From: Succinivibrio sp.
GTDB lineage: Bacteria; Pseudomonadota; Gammaproteobacteria; Enterobacterales; Succinivibrionaceae
Direction of reading: 5' to 3'
Length of the DNA: 64,000 bases
Assembly (NCBI GenBank): GCA_051885305.1
Contig: JBJEWY010000071.1
Coordinates: 5,361-69,360, forward strand
Under the pieces are notes generated by a model that did not search any database, was not told where the DNA came from, and saw only the letters and a program-made list of their open reading frames with translations. Made by a program: the position numbers and the translations under genes. Numbering within the stretch: position 1 is the stretch's first letter; each line of letters begins with the position of its first letter. Of the stretch, positions 30,958-40,584 are shown piece after piece.

Positions 30958-31129
30958 GTTAGTCACACTCCAAATAAATAAAAGTGATTTCTTATCAGCT
31001 TCACGCCAGAAGAAATCGATTAATAGGTCAAAACAAAGTGCACGTATTCTAGCACAAAAGAAGACTATATCCTCAAAAAAATCAATTTTTGAGGCAACTT
31101 TTATGAATACATGGACTTAACAAATCATG

Positions 31130-31145
31130 TGTGATTAATATCACA
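31130..31145. promoter_or_regulatory. CRP-type box in the divergent rpmB/coaBC spacer
   Basis: Exact TGTGA-TTAATA-TCACA. Confidence 0.55.
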
Positions 31146-31320
31146 CTCAAATCGTGGTAACTGCACATTATATATTAATTAAGCCTCATAGATCAATTGT
31201 GAAAAAATTAATATATTAATTTATCGTTAACCCTCTGTATAATCAGAATGTTAGACCTCATATTATCTTGTAGACGATATAAAAAATCACTGACGAATAA
31301 ACGTACAAGGAGATGTCTCT

Positions 31321-32634
31321 ATGAATACTCAGTTAAAAGATCGCACTATTGTTCTTGGTGTTACAGGAGGTATCGCAGCCTACAAGGCATGTACACTATG
31401 CCGTTTACTGGTTAAGGCAGGTGCAAATGTTTATGTATGCATGAGCGATGCTGCAACAAAACTCGTAGGCAAGAGTACTTTTGAGGCTCTTTCAGGACAT
31501 AAGGTTTATACAGGCATCTTTGAAGATGGCAAAGACATTTCTCATGTAGCCTTGGCTACAAACGCAGATCTGGTTCTTATAGCTCCTGCAACTGCCAATA
31601 CCTTAGCAAAGATTGCAGGCGGAATGGCAGATAACATGATCACAGCTGTTACCTTAGCAGCTACCTGCCCTGTAGCAGTTGCTCCATCAATGAATGTCAA
31701 CATGTACCACAACATTGCAACTCAGGAGAATATCACAACTTTAAGAAACAGAGGTTTCTATATTATTCTTCCACAGTCTGGCGAACTTGCCTGCGGAGTT
31801 GTAGGCGACGGCAGAATGAAAGAGCCAGAAGACATCTTCTCTGACGTTGTAGCAATTTTTGCAAACCGCCTTGAAAATCTGAAAGAAACTCCAATGATTG
31901 AGAACAATCAGGAAAGACTTCCATCTCCAACAAAGCCACTAGAACTAACCCAGACAAGACTTCTGCCAAAGGCTTTTGGTGCCGGTATGAAGGTTTTAAT
32001 TACTGCAGGACCTACTCAGGAGGCACTTGACCCTGTTAGGTACATCTCTAACCATTCATCTGGGAAAATGGGATATGCTCTTGCCCATGCTGCACTGCAA
32101 ATGGGGGCAGAAGTAACCTTGATTTCAGGACCTGTCAATATCGAACCGCCTCATGGAGTGCGCTTGATTTCAGTAAAAACAGCAGTTGAAATGCTCAATG
32201 CTGTTGAAGCTTATGTGGCATCATCTGACATTTTTATTGGCTGTGCTGCAGTTGCCGACTACAGGGCACAGACAGTCTCTCCTGTAAAAATCAAAAAGAC
32301 AGGCGATAATGAAGAGATGACAATCACCCTTGTAAGAAACCCTGATATCATTGCAACAGTTGCCTCTAGAGAGAGTGGCAGACCTTTTACCGTTGGATTT
32401 GCTGCAGAAACCAACAGTGGCGAGAGTTATGCCAAAGATAAACTTGAAAGAAAGAATCTTGATCTTATTGTGCTTAACGATGTATCAGACAAGAGCATAG
32501 GATTTAACAGCAATGACAATGAGGTGACCGTATTTGACCATGACGGCAAGGTTGCTCATTTTGACAAACAGTCAAAAGCAGTAATCGCAGCTTCTGTAAT
32601 GGAACTTATCTTTAATGCTGCAAGGAAACAGTAA
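31321..32634 (+). CDS. coaBC: Phosphopantothenoylcysteine decarboxylase/synthase
   Basis: GVTGGIAAYK, APATAN, PSMN, TAGPT.E.LDPVRYISNHSSGKMG, GFAAET. Confidence 0.95.
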   Translation: MNTQLKDRTIVLGVTGGIAAYKACTLCRLLVKAGANVYVCMSDAATKLVGKSTFEALSGHKVYTGIFEDGKDISHVALATNADLVLIAPATANTLAKIAGGMADNMITAVTLAATCPVAVAPSMNVNMYHNIATQENITTLRNRGFYIILPQSGELACGVVGDGRMKEPEDIFSDVVAIFANRLENLKETPMIENNQERLPSPTKPLELTQTRLLPKAFGAGMKVLITAGPTQEALDPVRYISNHSSGKMGYALAHAALQMGAEVTLISGPVNIEPPHGVRLISVKTAVEMLNAVEAYVASSDIFIGCAAVADYRAQTVSPVKIKKTGDNEEMTITLVRNPDIIATVASRESGRPFTVGFAAETNSGESYAKDKLERKNLDLIVLNDVSDKSIGFNSNDNEVTVFDHDGKVAHFDKQSKAVIAASVMELIFNAARKQ

Positions 32635-32635
32635 T

Positions 32636-33091
32636 ATGCTCAATGTTCAGATCAAAATCCTTGATAAAAGATTAAATCAGGATTTTCCTCTTCCTTCATA
32701 TGAAACAGCAATGTCCGCTGGTATGGACTTACGAGCCATGGTTGATGAGGATTTCATTTTAAAACCAGGTGAGGTAAGAATGATAAAAACCGGCTTTGCC
32801 ATGCATATTGCTGATCCTAATGTTACAGCACTGATTGTTCCCCGTTCAGGGCTTGGCTATAAGCACGGCATTGTACTGAGCAATCTGACTGGCGTTATTG
32901 ATGCAGATTACCAAGGAGAGCTTATGATCCCTCTTTGGAACCATTCTACTGAATCATTCAAGATCTGCGTAGGTGACAGAGTAGCTCAAATGCTCTTTGT
33001 TCCAGTACTGAGGGCTCAGTTTGAAATAACAGACAGTTTCTCTAAAGAATCATCCCGCGGAGAGAATGGATTCGGTTCCACAGGAGTGTAA
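32636..33091 (+). CDS. dut: dUTP diphosphatase
   Basis: SAGMDL, PRSGLG, GVIDADYQGE, RGENGFGSTG. Confidence 0.96.
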   Translation: MLNVQIKILDKRLNQDFPLPSYETAMSAGMDLRAMVDEDFILKPGEVRMIKTGFAMHIADPNVTALIVPRSGLGYKHGIVLSNLTGVIDADYQGELMIPLWNHSTESFKICVGDRVAQMLFVPVLRAQFEITDSFSKESSRGENGFGSTGV

Positions 33092-33099
33092 AGAGGTTG

Positions 33100-33432
33100 T
33101 CAGAACTCACCATCAAAGCTTTGCGATGAAATAGTATAGGACTCATAAACAGGTGAAATAAAAATCTTGCCATCACCAGGATTTCCCTTTTCACCTGTCA
33201 TTGCTGACTGCATGATTGTGCTGACCACCAGATCCTTCTCATCATCAGGAATCACAAGATAAAGCATAACCTTAGTCATTTCTTCGTATAAGACATCACC
33301 AACCTTTATACCTTTCTCTTTTCCTCTACCAGAGACGGTTGCTTTAGTTAAGGCACTAAATCCCTTGTTATAAAGAGCATCCTGAACATTCATTATCTTT
33401 TCAGGACGAACAATTGCAGTAACAGCCAACAT
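33100..33432 (-). CDS. PII-family regulator, NifI1 (nifHD-region GlnB-like 1) type
   Basis: AIVRPEK, short T-loop GRGKEKGIKVGDVLYEEMTK, TGEKGNPGDGKIFISPV..YTISS. Confidence 0.82.
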   Translation of the reverse strand: MLAVTAIVRPEKIMNVQDALYNKGFSALTKATVSGRGKEKGIKVGDVLYEEMTKVMLYLVIPDDEKDLVVSTIMQSAMTGEKGNPGDGKIFISPVYESYTISSQSFDGEF

Positions 33433-33504
33433 AGAAGATCTCCTTAAAATTTGTCCACAGAAGTAAGCTTCTCACTGTTATCTTACAGTTTTAGTACGCT
33501 TAAA

Positions 33505-33557
33505 ATAAAATATGCACCGCAAGGGTGCATATTTGTACTGTTATCCAATTTGGTGCA
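33505..33557. promoter_or_regulatory. Perfect NtrC box inside an argH terminator-like hairpin, plus a second half-site
   Basis: TGCACC-GCAAG-GGTGCA at 33513-33529 within aaatatgcacc/ggtgcatattt; TGGTGCA at 33551-33557. Confidence 0.65.
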
Positions 33558-33572
33558 TTTATAACAGTGTTT

Positions 33573-34958
33573 TTAATCTTCTCTGTCTTTTAAAAGATTT
33601 TCAAGATAGTCAATCTCTATGACGGTCTGTGCTGGTGCGACACCACCTTTGATATTGCGCTTTGCAAGAATACTGTCAAGCTGCAATACTGGATAAACGT
33701 CATCACCAATCACATCAGAGTATTCCTTAAACTCCTCAACGCTCAGATCCTCTAGGGCCTTCTGCTTTGAGATTGCATAAAGAACAACTCTACCAACGAT
33801 TGAGTGAGCCTCACGGAAAGGAATTCCCTTTGATACTAGATAGTCAGCAAGCTCGGTGGCATTTGAATAGCCACCTTTTGCAGCAGCCTCGGCATTTTCA
33901 GCATTAAGCTTAATACCTTCAAACACCAAAGAAGCCATATATAGACTGTCAATCCAGGTATCCATAGCATCAAACAGGCGTTCTTTATCTTCCTGAAGAT
34001 CCTTATCGTAAGCTAACGGAAGAGCCTTAACTGTTACAAGCATACCGGTTAAAGCACCAACTACACGACCGCATTTACCACGAATAAGCTCTAAGGCATC
34101 AGGATTCTTTTTCTGAGGCATTAAAGATGATCCTGAGGTTACCTTATCTGAAAGATCAACAAACTTGGCCTCACCAGAATTATAGATAATCAAATCTTCG
34201 GCAAAACGTGATAAATGAACCATGGAAATAGAAGCAACAGAAAGAAGCTCCATAACATGATCTCTATCTGATACACCATCAAGACTGTTGTGAGTAGCCT
34301 CCTTGAATCCTAAATCTCTTGCAAGCAAATCTCTGTCAATATCATAGGCAGTACCGGCTAATGCTGCAGAGCCTAATGGACAGGTTGCCATCAGATCTTT
34401 TGCATTCAAAAGACGCTGATAATCGCGCTCAAACATCTGAGCATAAGCTAATACCCAGTGAGAGAATGTAACAGGCTGTGCACGCTGTAAATGGGTATAT
34501 CCTGGGAAAATCTTACCCTGATTCTCTTTTGCAACCTTCAAAAGTTCCTTTTCAAGATGGGTAATTGCCTTTAGAGCATCATTGACTGCTTTACGGCACC
34601 AGAGTTTCAGATCAAGAGCTACCTGATCATTGCGGCTGCGACCTGTATGCAGTTTCTTGCCTAACGAACCAACCTTTTCGATAAGACGGCGCTCAACGTA
34701 TGAGTGAATATCCTCATCACCAGCTGTGGCAATACTGTGGATATCATTTGAAATCTCATCTAAAAGCTCTTTAAGAGCCTTTTTAAGATCAGCATTTTCC
34801 TGTGCAGTTAAAACACCGGCACGAGTAATAGCATCAGCCCAGCAGATTGAACCTTCAATATCCTCAATTGCCATACGGTAATCAAACTTTAAAGAATCAT
34901 TGTAATCTTTAAATCTCTGATCTGGTCCCTCAGTGAACCTTCCGCCCCATAAAGCCAT
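33573..34958 (-). CDS. argH: Argininosuccinate lyase
   Basis: [41 protein letters not shown]. Confidence 0.97.
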   Translation of the reverse strand: MALWGGRFTEGPDQRFKDYNDSLKFDYRMAIEDIEGSICWADAITRAGVLTAQENADLKKALKELLDEISNDIHSIATAGDEDIHSYVERRLIEKVGSLGKKLHTGRSRNDQVALDLKLWCRKAVNDALKAITHLEKELLKVAKENQGKIFPGYTHLQRAQPVTFSHWVLAYAQMFERDYQRLLNAKDLMATCPLGSAALAGTAYDIDRDLLARDLGFKEATHNSLDGVSDRDHVMELLSVASISMVHLSRFAEDLIIYNSGEAKFVDLSDKVTSGSSLMPQKKNPDALELIRGKCGRVVGALTGMLVTVKALPLAYDKDLQEDKERLFDAMDTWIDSLYMASLVFEGIKLNAENAEAAAKGGYSNATELADYLVSKGIPFREAHSIVGRVVLYAISKQKALEDLSVEEFKEYSDVIGDDVYPVLQLDSILAKRNIKGGVAPAQTVIEIDYLENLLKDRED

Positions 34959-35064
34959 AAATTACCTCTTTGAACTAATTTCTGAACTGCAAAAGGATAA
35001 CACGATTAAGCAAAATTAACATTAAAAAGATTCTTGTAAATATCAGTTTGAGCGATAAACAAGC

Positions 35065-36861
35065 CTAGCATTCACTTTTCATGAATTTTCTAAAACTTCC
35101 ATACTCAGAGATATCACGGGCATTTGTTACAGCTTCTCCCTCACAGATAAAACCAGTAAGCATGGAACCATCTTCAAGTTCTACCTTTCCAAGCCCTAAA
35201 GGGTAGGGAATTAAAGACAGGAAATACCCAAGTGCCTCATAAGACAGCCTGTATACCTCAACTTCAAACTTACAGCCCGAATTCTCCTTTCTGATAAGCC
35301 CAGGCTTTTTAACAGCACAGGTACCATCTAAAAGATACATTCTGTAGTTTGCTGAAGTACTGCATGTTTTCACATACTCAGCCCCTAAATCATTTAACTG
35401 GAAATTTAAAGGCATGCCCTTTAAGTGTGCCCCACATACTACAACTTCGGTATAGCATTCAGGTGATTTCTTTACTTCATTTGTCTGATAAGGTAGCATC
35501 TTTGCTCCAGTTGGATATGAGGTAAAATTCGTATACTCTGATGCAACAGCAAGTAATGCCTCATCATAAAATGCTCTTGCAAACAAAGTGATTCCAAATG
35601 GAAGTCCTTTTTTCTCTCCTTCTGCTCTAAACCCAGCTGGCAGGGCCACAGCACAAAAATCCATGAGATTCATAAAGTTTGTGTAATACCCAAGGTTTGA
35701 GTTAAGAGAAATAGGATCATTTAAAACATCATTGATTTTATAGATGGTTCCTGTTGTTGGAGTTACTACAAAATCTATTCCTTTTAATATTTCCTCACTT
35801 ATTTTTTTGTATTCAGATAATTTAAGCTTATCTGCAAAAACATCTGCAGCAGTGAATTTTCTACTGCCACCGATGATTGTCTGAATAACAGGAAGGCATT
35901 TATCTAGGTTCTTTTCAAAGAAATCGTAATTACCAGAAAGACGCTCTGCTACAAATGATCTTTCATACAGAAGCTTTGCAGCATCTAAAAATGGTCTTAA
36001 ATTGATAGTCTTTGCTGTTCCTCCTATCTTTTCTAAAGACTCTACTGCCTTATAAAAAAGCTTTCTTGCTTCTTCATCATTAAAGAACTGCAGATCCTCA
36101 GCATCTGGAACACCAAACACGAAATTCTTTTTAAAGCCTTTTTTGATTGCTGGAGAACATCTTGCGTAAGGGTCGGAGCTGTCATAATTGCTCATGACAG
36201 AAAAAACCTTTGATAAATCATCAGTGCAACGGGCAAACACGGTAAGACAGTCTATACTCTTACAGGCTGGAACCACGCCAGTGTTACTAACTCTTCCACA
36301 TGTTCCTTTAAGACCTAAAATATTGTTAAATGCTGCAGGTACACGACCACTTCCTGCTGTATCAGTACCAAGAGAAAACAGAACCTGACCAGTTGCTACA
36401 GAAACAGCCGATCCTGAGCTTGAACCTCCAGAAACATAATCCTTGTTGATAGAGTTGTGGCATACACCATAAGGACTTCTTACACCAACTAGACCTGTTG
36501 CAAACTGATCCATATTGGTTTTTCCCAAAGGAATGGCTCCTGCTTTTATCAGAAGATCAACAGCATAGGCACTTTTTTCAGGGACATATTCATACTCTCT
36601 GCAGGCGGCAGTTGTAGGCATCTGCTCAAGATCAATATTGTCTTTTATGGCAAATGGTACGCCCCATAAAGGAAGATCTTTATCGCCATCAAATAATGCA
36701 TCAAGATACTCATCAAGTTTTTCTTCACTGATTACACTTATCCAGGCGTTTAAATCATCTTCTTTTATAAGTGTTAAAAGCTCATGGAACCACTGCCTTA
36801 AATCAAAACTTCCTGCTTTTACAGCCTCATGAAACTCTTTAATACTTGAAAACTCTTTCAT
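35065..36861 (-). CDS. atzF: Allophanate hydrolase
   Basis: PFAIKDNID, GKTNMDQFATGLVG, GGSSSGS, GTDTAGSGRVPA, GYYTNFMN, C-domain VCGAHLKGMPLN. Confidence 0.95.
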   Translation of the reverse strand: MKEFSSIKEFHEAVKAGSFDLRQWFHELLTLIKEDDLNAWISVISEEKLDEYLDALFDGDKDLPLWGVPFAIKDNIDLEQMPTTAACREYEYVPEKSAYAVDLLIKAGAIPLGKTNMDQFATGLVGVRSPYGVCHNSINKDYVSGGSSSGSAVSVATGQVLFSLGTDTAGSGRVPAAFNNILGLKGTCGRVSNTGVVPACKSIDCLTVFARCTDDLSKVFSVMSNYDSSDPYARCSPAIKKGFKKNFVFGVPDAEDLQFFNDEEARKLFYKAVESLEKIGGTAKTINLRPFLDAAKLLYERSFVAERLSGNYDFFEKNLDKCLPVIQTIIGGSRKFTAADVFADKLKLSEYKKISEEILKGIDFVVTPTTGTIYKINDVLNDPISLNSNLGYYTNFMNLMDFCAVALPAGFRAEGEKKGLPFGITLFARAFYDEALLAVASEYTNFTSYPTGAKMLPYQTNEVKKSPECYTEVVVCGAHLKGMPLNFQLNDLGAEYVKTCSTSANYRMYLLDGTCAVKKPGLIRKENSGCKFEVEVYRLSYEALGYFLSLIPYPLGLGKVELEDGSMLTGFICEGEAVTNARDISEYGSFRKFMKSEC

Positions 36862-36865
36862 AATA

Positions 36866-39800
36866 CTAGTCCTCTCTAATAATCATCAGAGGCTGACCTG
36901 AGGTTACAGCTGAGCCCTCACCTTTGATAATTCGGCTGACAGTTCCTGAACAGCTTGCAGCAATCTGAATCTCCATTTTCATGGATTCAACTATCATGAC
37001 TACATCGCCTTCTTTTACAGAATCGCCTTCTTTAACCAGAGTTTTCCATACACTACATGAAATTTCTGACTCAATTGCTGTCTCATTGTCTTCTAAAACA
37101 AGTTCTTCACTAGAAGTTTCTACAGTCTCCATCTGTGCTGAGAAATTAACCTGACCTGATTCAACCCAGCGCTGATACTCTGCATCAAACGCATCCTGCT
37201 GACGCTTTTTAGCTTTTACAATCTCATCATGATTATCTGTCAGAAGCTTCTTGTACTCAGCAAATGAATACTGGGTATCCTCAATTTTTATATGGTACTG
37301 ACCTAAAAGGAACTTATGACGAATATCCATCAGTTCATCATGGGTTACTTCAAAGAATCTTATCTGATCAAAGAAGCGTAACAGCCAAGGCTTCTGGAAC
37401 TCTTCAGTCTTATGATTACGATTCCACATCTGCAATGTTCTGCCAAAGAACTGATATCCACCAGGACCTTCCATACCGTATACGCACATATAAGCACCAC
37501 CAATACCAACGGCATTTTCAGGAGTCCAGGTTCGTGCTGGATTGTATTTGGTAGTAACCAGACGATGGCGTGGATCAATAGGAGTTGCAACAGGAGCACC
37601 TAGGTAAACATCACCTAAACCATAAACGAGGTAGGTAGCGTTGAAAATGATGTTCTTTACATCCTCTACTGAATCAAGACCATTTATTCGACGGATAAAT
37701 TCAATATTTGAAGGGAACCATGGAGCATTCTTTCTAACAAGTTCGTCATACTTCTTAATAGCGAGTCTTGTCTGCTCGTCATCCCAGGATACAGGAAGAT
37801 ACACTACTCTTGATGGAACAGTAATGGATTCAAGATCCGGCATGTTCTTTTCGATTTTTTCCATGATATCAAGAAGGTCATTACGATCAAGTTTAAGACT
37901 GTCAAAATGAACCTGTAAAGAACGTATGCCTGGGGTTAAATCAATAATTCCCTCAAGATTCATTTTCTTGAGTTCCATCATCAGAACATGAGCGCGGAAT
38001 CTTAATTCTAGATCAATTACCTGAGGACCGTATTCAACAAGAATATTGTCCTCACCGCTCATACGGTAGACAATATCTGTTCCATGGGTCACATCAGATG
38101 ACAATGTCTTAATTACTGCAGTCTCATAGGTACTTCTAGACCATGATGCGGTCACAGATTTGAGATCTTTAATGCTTGCAAGCTGAGCTGTTTCAAGAGC
38201 CTTAGCATCATCTAAAGAAACAGGAATAAACTTTACCTTGTCACCAGCTTTAAGCTGACCCATCTTCCAGAGATCAGCTCTTATGATTGTTGCAGGGCAA
38301 ACAAATCCGCCTAAGCTTGGGCCATCAGGTCCTAAGAGGATTGGCATATCGCCTGTAAAATCAATGGTACCAATAGCATAGGCATTATCATGAATATTTG
38401 ATGGATGTAAACCAGCCTCACCACCATTCTCTCTTGCCCACTCAGGTTTTGGACCAATTAGACGGATACCGGTTCTTGAGGAGTTATAGTGAACCTCATA
38501 TTCTTTGGAAAATAAGGTATCAATGTCATTTTTGGTAAAGAAATCTGGTGCACCATGCGGACCGTAAATAACTCTGATATTCCATTCATGGGTAATTTCA
38601 GGAATAAGTGATTCATCAATGCTTAATGATTTGATTGAACTGTCATATGCACTTATGTGCAATACGTCACCAGCCTTTAGGGCACGACCAGCATGACCAC
38701 CAAACATACCTAAAGTAAAGGTTGAACGGCTGCCAAGATACAGAGGACAGTTAAATCCTCCCTGTACTGCAAGATAAGCTCTGACGCCGCCTTCTTTTAC
38801 CTTGCCAAGTTTAAGAACCTGTCCTGCTTTCACTTTAAGAGGCTGGTACATCTTTACATCACAGCCATCTAAGGTTGCTTTGATTTCTGCACCTGTAAGA
38901 GCTATTTCAGAATCGCAGTTAAAAGAAAGTGTTGGACCTGATACTGTTATTTCAAGACCTGCTGCGTCCTCTGGATTATTCAGTAATCTGTTTGCAAGTC
39001 TGAATGAAAGGTTATCAAAAGGACCTGATGGAGGAACACCGACATCCCACATTCCCACACGTCCTGGGTAATCCTGAATGGTAGTCTGTGTTCCTGATGT
39101 CAGAATATCAATGGTAGTATCAGAGTATTTATAATCATTTAATGATCTTGTAAGCATTCTGCCCTGCAACAGAAGATCAGAAGCTAACAGATTAATTAAA
39201 TATCTCTGATTGGTTTCAATGCCATATACAAGAGAATCACTTAAGGTATCTTTTAATTTTGATATCGCATTTAATCTGTCCTCATCAAATGCAATCACCT
39301 TGGCAAGCATCGGATCAAATAAAGGACTTACAATAGAACCTGATTCAATCCAGGTATCAATACGGATATTCTTTCTATCCTGTTTTGGGAAACTTACTGA
39401 ACTTACAGTACCAGCGCTTGGTCTGAAATTCTTAGCGGGATCTTCAGCATATAATCTGGCCTCAATTGCATGTCCGCGAGGCTTTAAAGATTTTGAGATT
39501 TCATTTAAATCAGGTAGTTCATCACATCCTAACTGAAGCATCATCTTCACAATATCAACACCGTAAACCATTTCAGTTACACCGTGTTCTACCTGAAGTC
39601 TAGTATTAACCTCTAAGAAATAAAATTTTTCTGCATCTGCGTCATAAACATACTCAACAGTACCTGCTCCACGATATTTAACTATTGAGCCTAATGCTAC
39701 TGCTGTTTTCTGTAATTCCTGTCTTACCTCTTGAGTTAAACCAGGAGCAGGGCACTCCTCAATTACCTTCTGATTTCTTCTCTGAGTTGAACAGTCGCGC

Positions 39801-40474
39801 TCACCAATGGTAAGAATATTGCCCTTACCATCACCAAAAATCTGTACTTCAATATGACGGGCGTGCTCAATGAATTTTTCTAAGAATACACCACCGGTAC
39901 TAAAGTTACTCTGAGCTAAATGCTTTACTTTTTCAAAAGCCTCAGATAGTTCTTCAGCACTGTAACAGCGCTGCATACCAATACCGCCACCACCTGCGGT
40001 ACTTTTGAGCATAACAGGGTAACCAATCTTATCGGCATTCTCTAATGCCTCATCTGCAGTCTCCAGTAAAGATGTGCCAGGAGGAAGAGGGACCCCCGCC
40101 TTCTGAGCAATGGCTCTTGCTTCATGTTTCAGACCAAAGGAAATCATCTGTTCACTGGTTGGTCCTAAGAATACGACACCTTCCTTCTCGCAAAACCTTA
40201 CAAAATCAGGGTTTTCACTTAAGAAACCATAACCAGGATGAATAGCCTGTGCACCTGATTTCTTTACAATATCTATGATTTTCTGCTGGTCAAGATAGGT
40301 ATAACAAACAGCACCTTCACCTAAAGAATAGCTCTCGTCAGCCATTTGCACATGAAGACTGTCACGATCAGCCTCATTGTAGACAGCAACTGATTTAATT
40401 CCCATTTCTCTTAAAGTGAGAATAATACGGCAAGCAATTGCTCCGCGGTTGGCAATCAATACTTTTGAAAACAT
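36866..40474 (-). CDS. uca: Urea/guanidine carboxylase (biotin-dependent), probably guanidine-preferring
   Basis: BC domain KVLIANRGAIA; CT motifs HPSNIHD, TTKYNPART; biotin site ESMKME; start set at ATG 40474 with an AGGA SD. Confidence 0.95.
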   Translation of the reverse strand: MFSKVLIANRGAIACRIILTLREMGIKSVAVYNEADRDSLHVQMADESYSLGEGAVCYTYLDQQKIIDIVKKSGAQAIHPGYGFLSENPDFVRFCEKEGVVFLGPTSEQMISFGLKHEARAIAQKAGVPLPPGTSLLETADEALENADKIGYPVMLKSTAGGGGIGMQRCYSAEELSEAFEKVKHLAQSNFSTGGVFLEKFIEHARHIEVQIFGDGKGNILTIGERDCSTQRRNQKVIEECPAPGLTQEVRQELQKTAVALGSIVKYRGAGTVEYVYDADAEKFYFLEVNTRLQVEHGVTEMVYGVDIVKMMLQLGCDELPDLNEISKSLKPRGHAIEARLYAEDPAKNFRPSAGTVSSVSFPKQDRKNIRIDTWIESGSIVSPLFDPMLAKVIAFDEDRLNAISKLKDTLSDSLVYGIETNQRYLINLLASDLLLQGRMLTRSLNDYKYSDTTIDILTSGTQTTIQDYPGRVGMWDVGVPPSGPFDNLSFRLANRLLNNPEDAAGLEITVSGPTLSFNCDSEIALTGAEIKATLDGCDVKMYQPLKVKAGQVLKLGKVKEGGVRAYLAVQGGFNCPLYLGSRSTFTLGMFGGHAGRALKAGDVLHISAYDSSIKSLSIDESLIPEITHEWNIRVIYGPHGAPDFFTKNDIDTLFSKEYEVHYNSSRTGIRLIGPKPEWARENGGEAGLHPSNIHDNAYAIGTIDFTGDMPILLGPDGPSLGGFVCPATIIRADLWKMGQLKAGDKVKFIPVSLDDAKALETAQLASIKDLKSVTASWSRSTYETAVIKTLSSDVTHGTDIVYRMSGEDNILVEYGPQVIDLELRFRAHVLMMELKKMNLEGIIDLTPGIRSLQVHFDSLKLDRNDLLDIMEKIEKNMPDLESITVPSRVVYLPVSWDDEQTRLAIKKYDELVRKNAPWFPSNIEFIRRINGLDSVEDVKNIIFNATYLVYGLGDVYLGAPVATPIDPRHRLVTTKYNPARTWTPENAVGIGGAYMCVYGMEGPGGYQFFGRTLQMWNRNHKTEEFQKPWLLRFFDQIRFFEVTHDELMDIRHKFLLGQYHIKIEDTQYSFAEYKKLLTDNHDEIVKAKKRQQDAFDAEYQRWVESGQVNFSAQMETVETSSEELVLEDNETAIESEISCSVWKTLVKEGDSVKEGDVVMIVESMKMEIQIAASCSGTVSRIIKGEGSAVTSGQPLMIIRED

Positions 40475-40497
40475 GATGATATTCCTATATTGTACTG

Positions 40498-40538
40498 GCA
40501 GGCCGTCCTGCAATGGTGTTTTAACGAAGCCGTCTTCG
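40498..40538 (-). ncRNA. Guanidine-II (mini-ykkC) riboswitch directly upstream of the carboxylase RBS
   Basis: Minus strand reads CGAAG-ACGG-CTTCG, 13-nt linker, GCAGG-ACGG-CCTGC, then 11 nt to the AGGA SD: two G-C-closed ACGR tetraloop hairpins. Confidence 0.88.
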
Positions 40539-40584
40539 AACCAGCTGTGATTGCTTGTTATTATTCAGCTGGAAAAGGAGTGAG

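Noticed and set aside
33475-33488. CTGT...ACAG as a LexA box upstream of the PII gene
   Set aside because: The spacer is 6 nt; LexA needs CTGT-N8-ACAG
40475-40513. ORF-track N-terminal extension of the carboxylase (MQDGLPVQYRNII)
   Set aside because: Homology starts at MFSKVLIANRG, the AGGA SD precedes ATG 40474, and the extension overlaps the guanidine-II hairpin
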